A DNA stretch of 52,411 nucleotides, from positions 1-52,411 of the IMG/VR virus record IMGVR_UViG_3300037751_000149; one strand, given 5' to 3'. Under the pieces are notes generated by a model. It saw only the letters and a list, made by a program, of their open reading frames with translations, did no database searches and was not told the origin of the DNA. Below are positions 16,901 through 26,571 of the stretch, in pieces; position 1 is the first letter of the stretch; each line of letters begins with the position of its first letter. Origin of the DNA: a virus. Taxonomy: Duplodnaviria > Caudoviricetes. The position numbers and the translations under genes were made by a program.

Positions 16901-17420
16901 CTTGGAGCCCTCCCATGCACTGTTTGTATTCCGCCTGCCTGCGGATGGTCAGGCCCCGAAGTACAACGCGCGGGTAGTCCCACTCGCCGGTCTTGTGATT
17001 TTGCACTTTTGGTTTACTGCGATCCTTGAACCCGTCAAAATCCAGAATTGCCTTGCAGGCCGCCTCATACTGGCCTGCGGCGAGCTTTCCCGGAATGGAT
17101 GAATTACAGACCGCACCTGCGCCGACATTGTACGCAAGCGAGACATAAGCCCCGAATTCATGCGGATAAAGTGGCGCGGCAATACATTCTTTGAGCGCTT
17201 TTTCGTATTTAGAGGCGTCATACAGCAACCGGATCAAAGCGCGGGTTGGCGTGATGGTATCGCCCATTTTGACGCCTTTCGTGGTCCCGTGTCCGATGGT
17301 CGGAACATCGCCGGGCACAGGGATTACAGCGTGATCTGTGTACCCTTCATAGGAAGCGATGCCGACCAGAGTTGAAGCGGCGAGGACAAGGCCGGCAATG
17401 GCTGTGCGTGATGCTTTCAT
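16881..17420 (-). CDS. GH24 lysozyme, likely SAR endolysin
   Basis: EG...D..T triad (YEGY...GDVPTIGHG), SLAYNVG, GLTIRRQAE; weakly hydrophobic N-terminus. Confidence 0.92.
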   Translation of the reverse strand: MKASRTAIAGLVLAASTLVGIASYEGYTDHAVIPVPGDVPTIGHGTTKGVKMGDTITPTRALIRLLYDASKYEKALKECIAAPLYPHEFGAYVSLAYNVGAGAVCNSSIPGKLAAGQYEAACKAILDFDGFKDRSKPKVQNHKTGEWDYPRVVLRGLTIRRQAEYKQCMGGLQDANMGH

Positions 17421-17629
17421 AGGTCCGCCATATCCTTCTGGGCCACCAGCCGAGCGATTAGAGCGGCGGCGGTGGAGATAAAGGAAAGAGCTGCAAATGC
17501 CCCGCGCGGCATGGTGCCGGAAAACATAGGGACGATTAACTCGCAGCCGCTCAGTATTCCTGCCACGGCGATCAGGCGAAACGACCAGGCCTTTTTGATG
17601 ATCTTTTTCCAGTTAGGGGAAAGGCGCAT
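17417..17629 (-). CDS. holin-like small membrane protein
   Basis: WKKIIKKAWS, two hydrophobic segments, ARLVAQ; coupled to lysozyme. Confidence 0.75.
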   Translation of the reverse strand: MRLSPNWKKIIKKAWSFRLIAVAGILSGCELIVPMFSGTMPRGAFAALSFISTAAALIARLVAQKDMADL

Positions 17630-17630
17630 G

Positions 17631-18029
17631 CTACTCCCCCTTGTCGTGCTGCTTGACAAACTGTTTCATGGCCCCGACAAATTCAGCGATATCGCCATGG
17701 AGCCGCAGATGTTCCCGCTGTGTCTCAAGCCCTTCCTCATGCCTGCGTTGCGTGTCGGCCCGCATCTCGTCCAGCTTGGCGCACACTCGATTGCTGCATG
17801 ATGTTTGGCTCTTCTCGCACTCCGCACGAGGGGTGAAAATTGTGGTCCCGTCTTTCTGGTACAGGCGGTTCTGGATATCTGTTTTCATTTCCTCAAGGGC
17901 GGCCTCAACTTCTTTTTTGATCGCCACCTTTTCTCGGAAGCTGCCTATCGCCAAGAGGGCAACCCCTATTGATACGAGCATCGACCAGGCAAAGCTCCAG
18001 ACACCCACATCAACACTCTCACCGGCCAT
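17631..18029 (-). CDS. single-pass membrane protein of lysis cassette
   Basis: one TM plus coiled coil; GGAG SD. Confidence 0.65.
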   Translation of the reverse strand: MAGESVDVGVWSFAWSMLVSIGVALLAIGSFREKVAIKKEVEAALEEMKTDIQNRLYQKDGTTIFTPRAECEKSQTSCSNRVCAKLDEMRADTQRRHEEGLETQREHLRLHGDIAEFVGAMKQFVKQHDKGE

Positions 18030-18049
18030 CCCGCGCTCCTTTTTCAAAC

Positions 18050-18121
18050 AAAAAAAAGGCCCGGCCAGGATTTCTCCCAGCCGGGCCGTCAGTTGCCGCA
18101 TGTCGCGGATGATGGTTGCCG
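18050..18121 (-). promoter_or_regulatory. CGGCAAC double-box plus terminator element, copy before lysis genes
   Basis: CGGCAACCAT (18121-18112), CGGCAACT (18098-18091), stem GGCCCGGC/GCCGGGCC, T-run. Confidence 0.8.
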
Positions 18122-18134
18122 CCTAACTTCTTTA

Positions 18135-18164
18135 CTTATATCACCAAAACTACATTTATTTCAA
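18135..18164 (-). promoter_or_regulatory. sigma70-type promoter upstream of lysis cassette
   Basis: TTGAAA-N18-TATAAG with extended -10 TG. Confidence 0.55.
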
Positions 18165-18190
18165 TACTTTTTTCAGCCTATCTAAGTTTT

Positions 18191-21100
18191 TTAGGCTGCC
18201 CGTGTCCGCTCAAACTTGCTCGGTTTTGCGTTCTGACGCAGCATGTTACGGATGCTGTTCATGGTGATTGGCCGAATATCCGGCCTTCCCGCGCCAAGGG
18301 CAAGCTCGTTATACCGGGCGATCTCCTTCAATGCCTCCGGGGTGATCCCCTTGCCCTGCAAAAACTCCCGCTTGATCTGATTGTTGATCTCGGATCTTCG
18401 CTCCTGGTACTTGGCCGCAACCTGTTTTTCGTTCCACTGCTTTTCGCGGATGCCGGAAAGCCTGGCCGGGTTGAAGGAGAAGAACCGCAGGGCCGCATCG
18501 AGGCTGTCAGCTTTTAGTGGCTCGTCGCCGTAGAACACCTGGCCGTAATTGCTGGTGGTGATCCCCTCGGTGGCCTCGCGGGCTGCCTTAAACGCGGAAC
18601 CAAAGCCGGTTGGAACCAGCGCCTCGACTCCCTTCCAGACTTCACCCTTGGCAAGATGCTTCACTCCCTTCCATGTATCGGTGGCAACCGCACCAGGCGC
18701 TCCGCCCAGCTCACTGAGCTTCGTCGGTATCGGGTTGTTGGCCTGCAATGAACCCTTGAGGTTGATACCTATCATCCCGGCCAACCCTTGGCGGGCAAAG
18801 GCATCCGAGCCGAAAGTATCTTCCGCCCACTTGTAGTATTCTTCTTCCGGGTCGTCGCCGCCTATGCCCATTGCCTGAGCCAGGGCCATCAAGGCGGACA
18901 CAGGCAGCGAGGCCCCGGCCCCTGCGAGGATCGCAGGAGACAACATCAGGTACGCCGCCGCCGTCCGTTGCCTGTCCCAATACAGGTAGCGGTCGAGCCC
19001 CATTTCTTCCGGGGCATTGGCGAAGAATTGCTTGCGGGCGTTCAGCAGATAGTTGTGGCCAAACTTGGCAAACACATAATTCAATCCAAGGATTCGCCCC
19101 AGATCCCCCCCCCGAGTGAATGCCGGCCGGTCCCCTTTGTCATATCGCCCGTGGGCATCGCTGGAAATCTCCTCAGCCTTTTCCCACAAGTCAGGCTCGG
19201 AAAGCTCCGGGTGTTTCTCCTGCGCTGCCTTGTAAGCGGCAAAGATCGTCATGGCTCGGTTGGCTTTTTCGGTGATACCGAAGAGGGCCATTCCCCATGT
19301 GGTGAAGGTGTTCCACTTGTCGCCAAACTCCGTCCTTAATTCGCGGGCCGCCTCTGCGTTGTACTGCGCATCGTCCAGCCCCCGGTTGGTTATCTCCTGC
19401 AAGATACCCCTATCCTCGGCGCTGAGTGTTCCCTTCCCAGATAGATACTTCCCGTATGCCGTCGCGGCCTTGCCAATATGGGCAAACGCTTTCCATGGTG
19501 TAATGTCGAGGGCCGAAGACATTGTGCCCGGAACACCTGTGACCATGTTGGTCAAGTTCACCGCCGCCGAAGAGACCCGGAAGGCCAGGAACTTCTGCAC
19601 GGCCAACCCTTTCATAGTGCCGACTATCCGGTCAAGCTGCTCGTCGTTCCGCAGCATATCCACGATGTATTCCACCCCGTCGCGGTAAGCGTTCTTTTGC
19701 AAGCTGGCGTCCACCCCTCGGTCTTTTACGAAGTCCAGGTATTCGCCATACTCCTTGCCCGGGTTCTTTTCTTCCCAGGCATCCCAAGACACGTCGCGCC
19801 CGGTGAAGGCAAGCATTAAGTCCCGTGCCATATCCCGCTTTGCCACCCCGGCCGCCACCCCTTTTGCGTACTGGATCAACGCTTTTTGCGGATCATCCTC
19901 ATATCCCTCCCAAACATCGCCCCCTACCCGGTGCATCCGGGAAGAGAGGAAGCCGCGCTGCTGGATAATTGCCGCCGCCCGCTGGGTAAGCAACAGGTTG
20001 ATGTGCTGGCTGGCTTTTATGTCCGCGCTGTCTTTTTTGTCTACCACACTCATAGTCGAATCGAGCACGGCATCCAAAGATGCAACAAGTCGGGGAGCCG
20101 AAAAGACATCCTCGGAAAGGGAGGCGTCTTTCTCCACGGTCACATCATACCCCTGCTTGGTCAGCCTGCTGGCCTCTCTCCCATTGGGAGAGAGTTGGTT
20201 GACAAGATCCCGCCATCCCGGCTTTTCGTCTGTGTCGTCCACTCTCAGGTCCGCGTCAAATGGCTTTCTGATGGGATTCTCGCCATCCTTCTTGGCGACC
20301 AACACATAAGCCCCGTCCCGTCGCTGGCGCGGCATGTAGGAGCCGACCAGTTCGTCCATGGCCGCGATGGACTGCTTTACCGTCATGGGCCGCATCTCGG
20401 CATCGGTTCTTTGCTTTACCCGGAGGTTGCCGAAAGCCTTTTGCCCCCGGACTGTTCCGCTCCTTTTCCTGGCCCAGGCTTTCGCCTTCGCTTCATCCTT
20501 AAACATCCGCTCAACGGGGTCTGCCACCTTGCTCCCGCCGCCCTGAATCATCACAAACCATGACTGCATCTCGGCAAGCCTGTCCATGGCGTCCGCAGCC
20601 TGCTGCTCGGTAGCAAAAAGGGCAACCGGCTCTTTCTGCCCTTCCGCATAAATCCCATACCTGCCGGCTTCATCGATGGTTTTCCCGCTTGCGAACGGGT
20701 CAGGAAGCCCTGCCTCTTTTGCGTCGGACTGCATCTGCACCATCTCGGCCCGCAATTCGTTCAGCGCCCGATTGGTTAATTCTCTGCCCAAGCGGATGTA
20801 ATTCACCCCTTCGGGGGCAAACCCTATTTTCTCAAGATATTCGCTTTCCTGATCGTAAAGAAAAGCAATCGCCTTGTCTCTGTCGTTAAAAAACTCCCCG
20901 ACCATCTTGCCGGCCGGACTCAACACCTTGTACTGATCCCCCTCCATCCGCAACTTGAACGAATACCCAGACTGGTCGGTTTCTTTCAGGTATTCCTTGA
21001 CGGCCTCATATTCATCCGGGGCGGACTCCTTCAGCTTCTTTCCCTGCCTGGTAAAGTCGGTTTTTTCAGCAAAAGCAGAGGCCTCTTCCTTGCTCTTAAA

Positions 21101-24100
21101 CTCTTGTTTGGTGCCGTCGCCGGTTGTTGCCAGATAGGTGCCATGTCCCAGGGGCTGGATTGATGCGGCACCCAGAATCTCGCTTTCCTTGGCAAACTTG
21201 GCTTTCTGCCGGTTCATTACCACATCAAACATGCGGCCCATCGCCGGGACATCCTTGAAATAATAAGCCGGGGTTGAAAGCAGGCGCTGCCAAAAAGTGA
21301 AGTCCTTTTTTTTCTTCTTGGTGGTAGACTTGCCGCGCTTTTCTACGAAGTCGGCAACTTCTTCCAGGTTCTCCAGGGACATGGGTGATCCCACATACTC
21401 CGCGCTATCTTCGCGCACCAAGTGTCCGGCCAACCCTTTCCGGCCAGAAAGCATACCCACCTCCGGCCTTATCCCCCTGTTGGCCAAAAACTCTCCTGAC
21501 TGTAGATGGACATCATGTAGTAGGTCAGTCTTCACCGCCTCCTCGAAGTTCAAGGCGGAGTTGTCTGGGACATTGACGGCAAACAACCTTGTTGACCCGG
21601 TCGCTCTCGCAAATTTTCTCAGCATCCCGGCCATGCGAATTTTACTTAGGGGGCTTACTTTTTCAACGGGGACGTCCATTATGCCAGTTACTAAAGATTC
21701 ACCGCCTGAGACACCGATAACCTGGAAGGTTTCTTTTGCCCCCTGTAGCTGCGCGGCGACACCGGCCAAGTGGTCAACGCTATTGATTTTCATGCCCAGG
21801 ATGGGGTGGGGGGTGGACGGTTCGTTTTTCCCGTAACGGTCAGCGGCCTGCGTTATGCTTGCCGGAAGTGGTTTAACCTGGACATCAAAACCTTGGATAG
21901 TGGCATAGCTGTCGTGGTTTATTACCACATGGCCAAGAAATAAATCTGGGAGTTCTGCGGCGATGGCGAGGGTGGTTTCCTTATCTTGTGCGCTTGGGGT
22001 GGGGTTGCCGCTGGGGTGATTATGCAGAAGGTAAAAGCCGTCCGCCCCCGACTTTTCCCCCATCTTTTGGATTTGGTCAACGCCATCTAGCAGGGTTGCT
22101 CCGCCGATAAATGCGGCGGATGCTCCAGGCAGCCGCGATGTAACACCGGTGATATTTACCACGCGCCCATCTTTTACAAAGACATACCTGTTCGTCTCGA
22201 AAGAGGGGTTGCGGAATATCTGGCCGATAATTGCCAGATCGGCGAGGCTCTCTACTCGTTGTCCGATGAGATTGATTTTGCTCTGGTCTTTGAAGGATTT
22301 GGCGATATTATTACCAAGTACGGTCCCAGGCAGCCCCCGCAGGTAGCCAGCGGCTTCTCGCTCTGCCCTTTCGTAGTTTCCTTGTTGTGCGCCGGTAAGG
22401 GTTTCGACTCTTCGCCCATATTCTCCCGCCTCCCGCCTGGAAATATTGTTTTTTGTATTGTCGCCCTCAATGGCGTAAGAGTCAAGCCCGGAGTACAGCG
22501 CCACGCCCTTGTCTGACTTCTCAATGATTCTGGCCAGCTTCTTTTTATCCCGCACAAGGGACGCTTCGATCTCAACCCGTTTAGCAGGAAGTATCTTGCC
22601 CTTCAGTAAGGTTCGCGCTTCGTTAATGCTGGCCCGGATTTGTTGTTCTTCTGTGGTCTGATGGCGAACCTGCTCAGGATAACGATCTACCGATTCATCC
22701 GTATTCTTTCCGGGCGCGTAGTCTGCTGGGGTCGCATCAGTTATCGAATATCCGGACTTCTCGTCATATTCTGCGGCCTTCGCAAGCAATCTTTCTCTGT
22801 GAGCCTGCATGTCTTGGGCAGATTCACCCGTCTGTTTGTCGCCGGTCATGTCATCCTGGGTTGACAAATCATGGGGGCCATTTGTCGTTTTTTCCGCTTC
22901 AAGCCGCCCAATCTCCTTCTTGTTCAGGGCCGGGTAATCATTCAGTCTGGCGATCTTCTCGTCTATTACGGCAACACGGGCCTCTTCTTTTGCGGACCGG
23001 TAAACATCTTCAAGGGTTGACCTGTTCTTCTCCTGAACAGGCGTCACCTCCCCGGTCTTCAATTCAATCTCTCCTATCTCTGTCCCAGTAACGGAGTGGG
23101 CCACCGTAGCTATTCCATCACTATCAACGCGATATTCAAACTGCTTGAATTGCCGTGAACCTGACTTGTCCTGCTTGTTTATGGCAACCCTGGCAATGTC
23201 GTCACCAGTCACCCCTATTGCTACGCCGGCAGATGGCTCAGTCCTTTCCGCCTCAAGCCGCTCCTTGGCCTGCTGAACCAGGGCCAGCTTCAGGGCGTTT
23301 TCCGGGTCTTTGGCCAGCATGGCACGGGCGTTTTCAAGCTCGGCCTCGCGGGTTGAGGCGGTCAGATTGTCGCCGGTTTTGTCACCAGAAATGTCACTGG
23401 TTTTGTCCATGTTATCTTCTTGTTTTACCGCAACTTCTTTCTTGGCATCTTCGTTAAAATGTCCAGCGTTTTGATCGGTGTTCAGCTCTGCGTTGTCGGC
23501 CTGGGCCACAGGAGCCACAGTATCAGCCTTATCAGTCTGGGCATGGGGGGTCTCCTTCGCTGAAGATAAAACAGCTTCGGATTTCTTTTTTATCTTGGCC
23601 AACTTGGCTGCGGCCTTGCTAGCGATCTCTTCCTGGATCGCTTCTTTGGCGGCCTCACGCTTGGCGGTCTTCCCGGTCGCATCGTCTACTATCTCCTGGG
23701 AGGAAATACGGGCAGACTCCCAAAACCTTGCGTCGCTGGTGAGCTTCCCGCGAACACTGTGGTCGCTCGTTCTTTTAAGCTCTGCTACTTTCTGCGCTGC
23801 CAGCGATAAGGCTTCTTCCGGCGATAAAGTTGCCGCTGTCTTTGCGGCCCACTCTCTTCCACCCTCCAGCGGAGACACAATCAGCGCAGCCCTCACCGCC
23901 GCCTCATGCTTCTTGGCAAAAACCAGACCGCCGCGCTTGGTATTCGGGATACCAGTGGGCGCAAAACCAGCGTCTTTCAATTTGGCTCGGAGTGTGGGGG
24001 TGTCGCCCAAGGCAATAATGGACTTGGCGCCAAGAGGTTCTACTGTGAATTGGAGGGATGAAGCAGGGGCCGATTCGCCAGGCTGGCTCGGCTGGGCCTT

Positions 24101-26569
24101 GATAGCCTCTTGCGAGGTCACGGAAGTAACCAAAGTAACCCCAGATGGCGCGCTTGCGTCAGAGGCGTCCGGGGTGTTGTTCTCTACTGCGGGTCGTTCG
24201 GTTCCGGCAGGTCCGGCACTGGCTTGTCCAGCATCTCCTGAAACTTCTTGGCGTGTTCCGGGTCCAGCCCCTTCCGCTCCATTTCCTTGATCGCGGCTTC
24301 CGCCTTCCGTTTCCCTTCTTTCTGGGTCGAGTTCATTGGGAGTCTCCCTGCTTATATTATCAGAACTCCCCCCCAGGATAGCAAGTTTTCGGCCTGTTCT
24401 TTTCTCGTACATCCCCCCAACCATATTGAAAAGCTGCTGGGCAAATGACGCTTGCCGGTGCAGGTTGTTCTGCCGAATGTAAGCAAACACGTCCGCCATC
24501 GCCGCCCGGTCTGCCTGGGGGATGGCGTTCTCGAAGTGAGCAAGGGCGTTGTCCGGGTCGTCCATTTCAGAGGTGGGCAATCCGGTTCTTCCGGCAAGAT
24601 CCTCTTTTTGTTTCGGGACGAGAATAAACCCTTTTTCTCCGGGACGCAAGGTTGATGCCTTAACAACATCGTGCGTCTTCATGCGCTTACCTGCCGCTCG
24701 TTTTGCCGCGGCCTCATTCACAATGGCCCGGCCATTCTTGGCGGTGATAATCGGGAGACCAGGAGCGGCTGCCTCTGCCGCCATTTCTGGAGAGTTGGCG
24801 CCATGCTCCCGTGCAGCATAATCGTTGATGTAGGCAAGCGCGGCCTCATGTCTCGGGACAAGGGGCTTGTTGGCCGCAAGCCTTCTGGTTGCCGCCATGA
24901 CATCAAACGGCGTTACCGTCTTCGCATAGTTGGTGCCGTGCTTGGCATCAAAGGCCTCTATCGTTGGTTTTCTGTACCATGAGGGAGAGAACTCGCCAAG
25001 CGGCTCCATCTTCCCTTCGGTGTCGTCTTTCGTCCGCTCAGACTCCCTCGGGATCGCCCGCTCAAGCCCAGATATTACGGCGCTATATTCCTTGGTGGTC
25101 TTGGGTGCTGGTTCGAACAACTTCCGGTTCGCTTCGTTCTGGGCATCGATCTCCTCTTTGGTCAACCGCTTCTTCCCTTTCGCAAGGGGTTCGGTAAATT
25201 CCAAGGATGATAGATCCCCAACCTCCTTGGCCGGCAGCACAGTCGGGCGGCCCGGCATGGACACCTGGCGCTCTTCTGGTTCTTGGTCAAAAGTGGGAGC
25301 CTCGGAAACTGGCGGGGCCAATATCTCCCCGGTGGTCGGGTCAACAGCTTCCGGCTGGGCCACATCTCCGGGAAGCTCCGGCTGATAGGCCTGATACTCA
25401 TCCTCCATCGTTGCTGTTGATGGATAATCCGGCAAGTCGCCCATGACCGGCTCCACAGCCGCAACATTCTCCCCAACAAGCATCTCCCTTTCTGCCTTGA
25501 GAGCGTCAAGGTTCTCCTGCGCCCTTGGGGATGCCTTGGCCGTGGTCTCCAGGTTGGCGATCTTCCGGTCAAGCTCGGCCGTATCTATGGGCTCCTGGCG
25601 CCCGGAATAACCGTAAACCTCTGCGGGGGCAGCTTCTACCGGGCTTGCCTCTTTTCTTCCGGTCAAGGCGTTAAACCCTCCGCCCATTGCCGCCCCGGCG
25701 AGAAGCCCCTGCGCCGCCGCCTCCGGCACTCCGTCGAGAAGATCCTTACCAAGGGCCGCGTTCTGCCACATCGTTTCCTGGACAGATTGCGGCAGCTCCT
25801 CGAACACGCCCTCAGATATGCCGCCGCCGATGATCCTGGCCGCGACATTGCCAACCCCCTTGGCCGCGCTTTTCTCTCCAGAACCAAGCCGCGCAAGGTA
25901 GGTGTCCGCGTCCTCAAGCCCGAACTTCTTTGCCAGCCTGCCACCCACCGCGCCGAACAGGGCAGTGCCCGCGCCGGACAAAACCGCAGCGGCATCTTGG
26001 CCGACCGACAACACCCCTTCTTCCGTCTGCTGCCGGGTTGACTCTGCCGAAGATCCTGCCGCCGCCACACCCTCGCCGACGGCCCCCGCCATGATCGGGC
26101 TTATTGCCGGGGCCAGCTTCCTGGCCGCGCCGCCTATCGCGCCGCCCCCGACCATCACAGGCAGAGACTCGATTACCGAATGGCCGATGGTGCTGGGGTT
26201 CGCCAGTGCCGCCTTGGCGGTATCGACAAAACCCTCTGCGTCAGAAACCTCCTGGTTGGCCCACTTCTGCGCCGGGGAATACTCTGCATCCAGAACCCGG
26301 TGCGTTGCCTGCGGGTCATACCCGATTGACTCAAGGGCCTTCCCGGCCCGGCCAAGCGTAGGAATATCAGCAAGGCCGACCACCGCCTCCCCGGCCCCCA
26401 CAACACCCTTGGCCGCAGAGACCCCAATGTCGGCGATGGTTCCACCGATGGTTCTTTCCGGCTGTTTTTTCTTCTGGTCCACATCTTGCGCCGCATTGCG
26501 GCCAAACTCCGGGTCGCTGAACGGGTTGAGGTCTGCGCCAAAATTCGGATCACTAAAAGGATTCGCCAT
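18191..26569 (-). CDS. giant (2792 aa) internal virion/DNA-ejection polyvalent protein with JAB (RadC-like) domain
   Basis: G/A-rich hydrophobic N-terminal region, central E...LLHNHPSGNPTPSAQD, last gene of virion block. Confidence 0.75.
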   Translation of the reverse strand: MANPFSDPNFGADLNPFSDPEFGRNAAQDVDQKKKQPERTIGGTIADIGVSAAKGVVGAGEAVVGLADIPTLGRAGKALESIGYDPQATHRVLDAEYSPAQKWANQEVSDAEGFVDTAKAALANPSTIGHSVIESLPVMVGGGAIGGAARKLAPAISPIMAGAVGEGVAAAGSSAESTRQQTEEGVLSVGQDAAAVLSGAGTALFGAVGGRLAKKFGLEDADTYLARLGSGEKSAAKGVGNVAARIIGGGISEGVFEELPQSVQETMWQNAALGKDLLDGVPEAAAQGLLAGAAMGGGFNALTGRKEASPVEAAPAEVYGYSGRQEPIDTAELDRKIANLETTAKASPRAQENLDALKAEREMLVGENVAAVEPVMGDLPDYPSTATMEDEYQAYQPELPGDVAQPEAVDPTTGEILAPPVSEAPTFDQEPEERQVSMPGRPTVLPAKEVGDLSSLEFTEPLAKGKKRLTKEEIDAQNEANRKLFEPAPKTTKEYSAVISGLERAIPRESERTKDDTEGKMEPLGEFSPSWYRKPTIEAFDAKHGTNYAKTVTPFDVMAATRRLAANKPLVPRHEAALAYINDYAAREHGANSPEMAAEAAAPGLPIITAKNGRAIVNEAAAKRAAGKRMKTHDVVKASTLRPGEKGFILVPKQKEDLAGRTGLPTSEMDDPDNALAHFENAIPQADRAAMADVFAYIRQNNLHRQASFAQQLFNMVGGMYEKRTGRKLAILGGSSDNISRETPNELDPERRETEGGSRDQGNGAEGAGPGTRQEVSGDAGQASAGPAGTERPAVENNTPDASDASAPSGVTLVTSVTSQEAIKAQPSQPGESAPASSLQFTVEPLGAKSIIALGDTPTLRAKLKDAGFAPTGIPNTKRGGLVFAKKHEAAVRAALIVSPLEGGREWAAKTAATLSPEEALSLAAQKVAELKRTSDHSVRGKLTSDARFWESARISSQEIVDDATGKTAKREAAKEAIQEEIASKAAAKLAKIKKKSEAVLSSAKETPHAQTDKADTVAPVAQADNAELNTDQNAGHFNEDAKKEVAVKQEDNMDKTSDISGDKTGDNLTASTREAELENARAMLAKDPENALKLALVQQAKERLEAERTEPSAGVAIGVTGDDIARVAINKQDKSGSRQFKQFEYRVDSDGIATVAHSVTGTEIGEIELKTGEVTPVQEKNRSTLEDVYRSAKEEARVAVIDEKIARLNDYPALNKKEIGRLEAEKTTNGPHDLSTQDDMTGDKQTGESAQDMQAHRERLLAKAAEYDEKSGYSITDATPADYAPGKNTDESVDRYPEQVRHQTTEEQQIRASINEARTLLKGKILPAKRVEIEASLVRDKKKLARIIEKSDKGVALYSGLDSYAIEGDNTKNNISRREAGEYGRRVETLTGAQQGNYERAEREAAGYLRGLPGTVLGNNIAKSFKDQSKINLIGQRVESLADLAIIGQIFRNPSFETNRYVFVKDGRVVNITGVTSRLPGASAAFIGGATLLDGVDQIQKMGEKSGADGFYLLHNHPSGNPTPSAQDKETTLAIAAELPDLFLGHVVINHDSYATIQGFDVQVKPLPASITQAADRYGKNEPSTPHPILGMKINSVDHLAGVAAQLQGAKETFQVIGVSGGESLVTGIMDVPVEKVSPLSKIRMAGMLRKFARATGSTRLFAVNVPDNSALNFEEAVKTDLLHDVHLQSGEFLANRGIRPEVGMLSGRKGLAGHLVREDSAEYVGSPMSLENLEEVADFVEKRGKSTTKKKKKDFTFWQRLLSTPAYYFKDVPAMGRMFDVVMNRQKAKFAKESEILGAASIQPLGHGTYLATTGDGTKQEFKSKEEASAFAEKTDFTRQGKKLKESAPDEYEAVKEYLKETDQSGYSFKLRMEGDQYKVLSPAGKMVGEFFNDRDKAIAFLYDQESEYLEKIGFAPEGVNYIRLGRELTNRALNELRAEMVQMQSDAKEAGLPDPFASGKTIDEAGRYGIYAEGQKEPVALFATEQQAADAMDRLAEMQSWFVMIQGGGSKVADPVERMFKDEAKAKAWARKRSGTVRGQKAFGNLRVKQRTDAEMRPMTVKQSIAAMDELVGSYMPRQRRDGAYVLVAKKDGENPIRKPFDADLRVDDTDEKPGWRDLVNQLSPNGREASRLTKQGYDVTVEKDASLSEDVFSAPRLVASLDAVLDSTMSVVDKKDSADIKASQHINLLLTQRAAAIIQQRGFLSSRMHRVGGDVWEGYEDDPQKALIQYAKGVAAGVAKRDMARDLMLAFTGRDVSWDAWEEKNPGKEYGEYLDFVKDRGVDASLQKNAYRDGVEYIVDMLRNDEQLDRIVGTMKGLAVQKFLAFRVSSAAVNLTNMVTGVPGTMSSALDITPWKAFAHIGKAATAYGKYLSGKGTLSAEDRGILQEITNRGLDDAQYNAEAARELRTEFGDKWNTFTTWGMALFGITEKANRAMTIFAAYKAAQEKHPELSEPDLWEKAEEISSDAHGRYDKGDRPAFTRGGDLGRILGLNYVFAKFGHNYLLNARKQFFANAPEEMGLDRYLYWDRQRTAAAYLMLSPAILAGAGASLPVSALMALAQAMGIGGDDPEEEYYKWAEDTFGSDAFARQGLAGMIGINLKGSLQANNPIPTKLSELGGAPGAVATDTWKGVKHLAKGEVWKGVEALVPTGFGSAFKAAREATEGITTSNYGQVFYGDEPLKADSLDAALRFFSFNPARLSGIREKQWNEKQVAAKYQERRSEINNQIKREFLQGKGITPEALKEIARYNELALGAGRPDIRPITMNSIRNMLRQNAKPSKFERTRAA

Positions 26570-26571
26570 GC

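Noticed and set aside
18091-18121. GTTGCCG/CGGCAAC boxes as IntI recombination sites
   Set aside because: They do not fit GTTRRRY, are direct rather than inverted repeats, and are tied to terminators.
18191-26569. Giant ORF as tape-measure protein or virion RNA polymerase
   Set aside because: No tail tube, sheath or chaperone genes were recognised and no polymerase motifs were seen; context fits a podovirus-type ejection protein.
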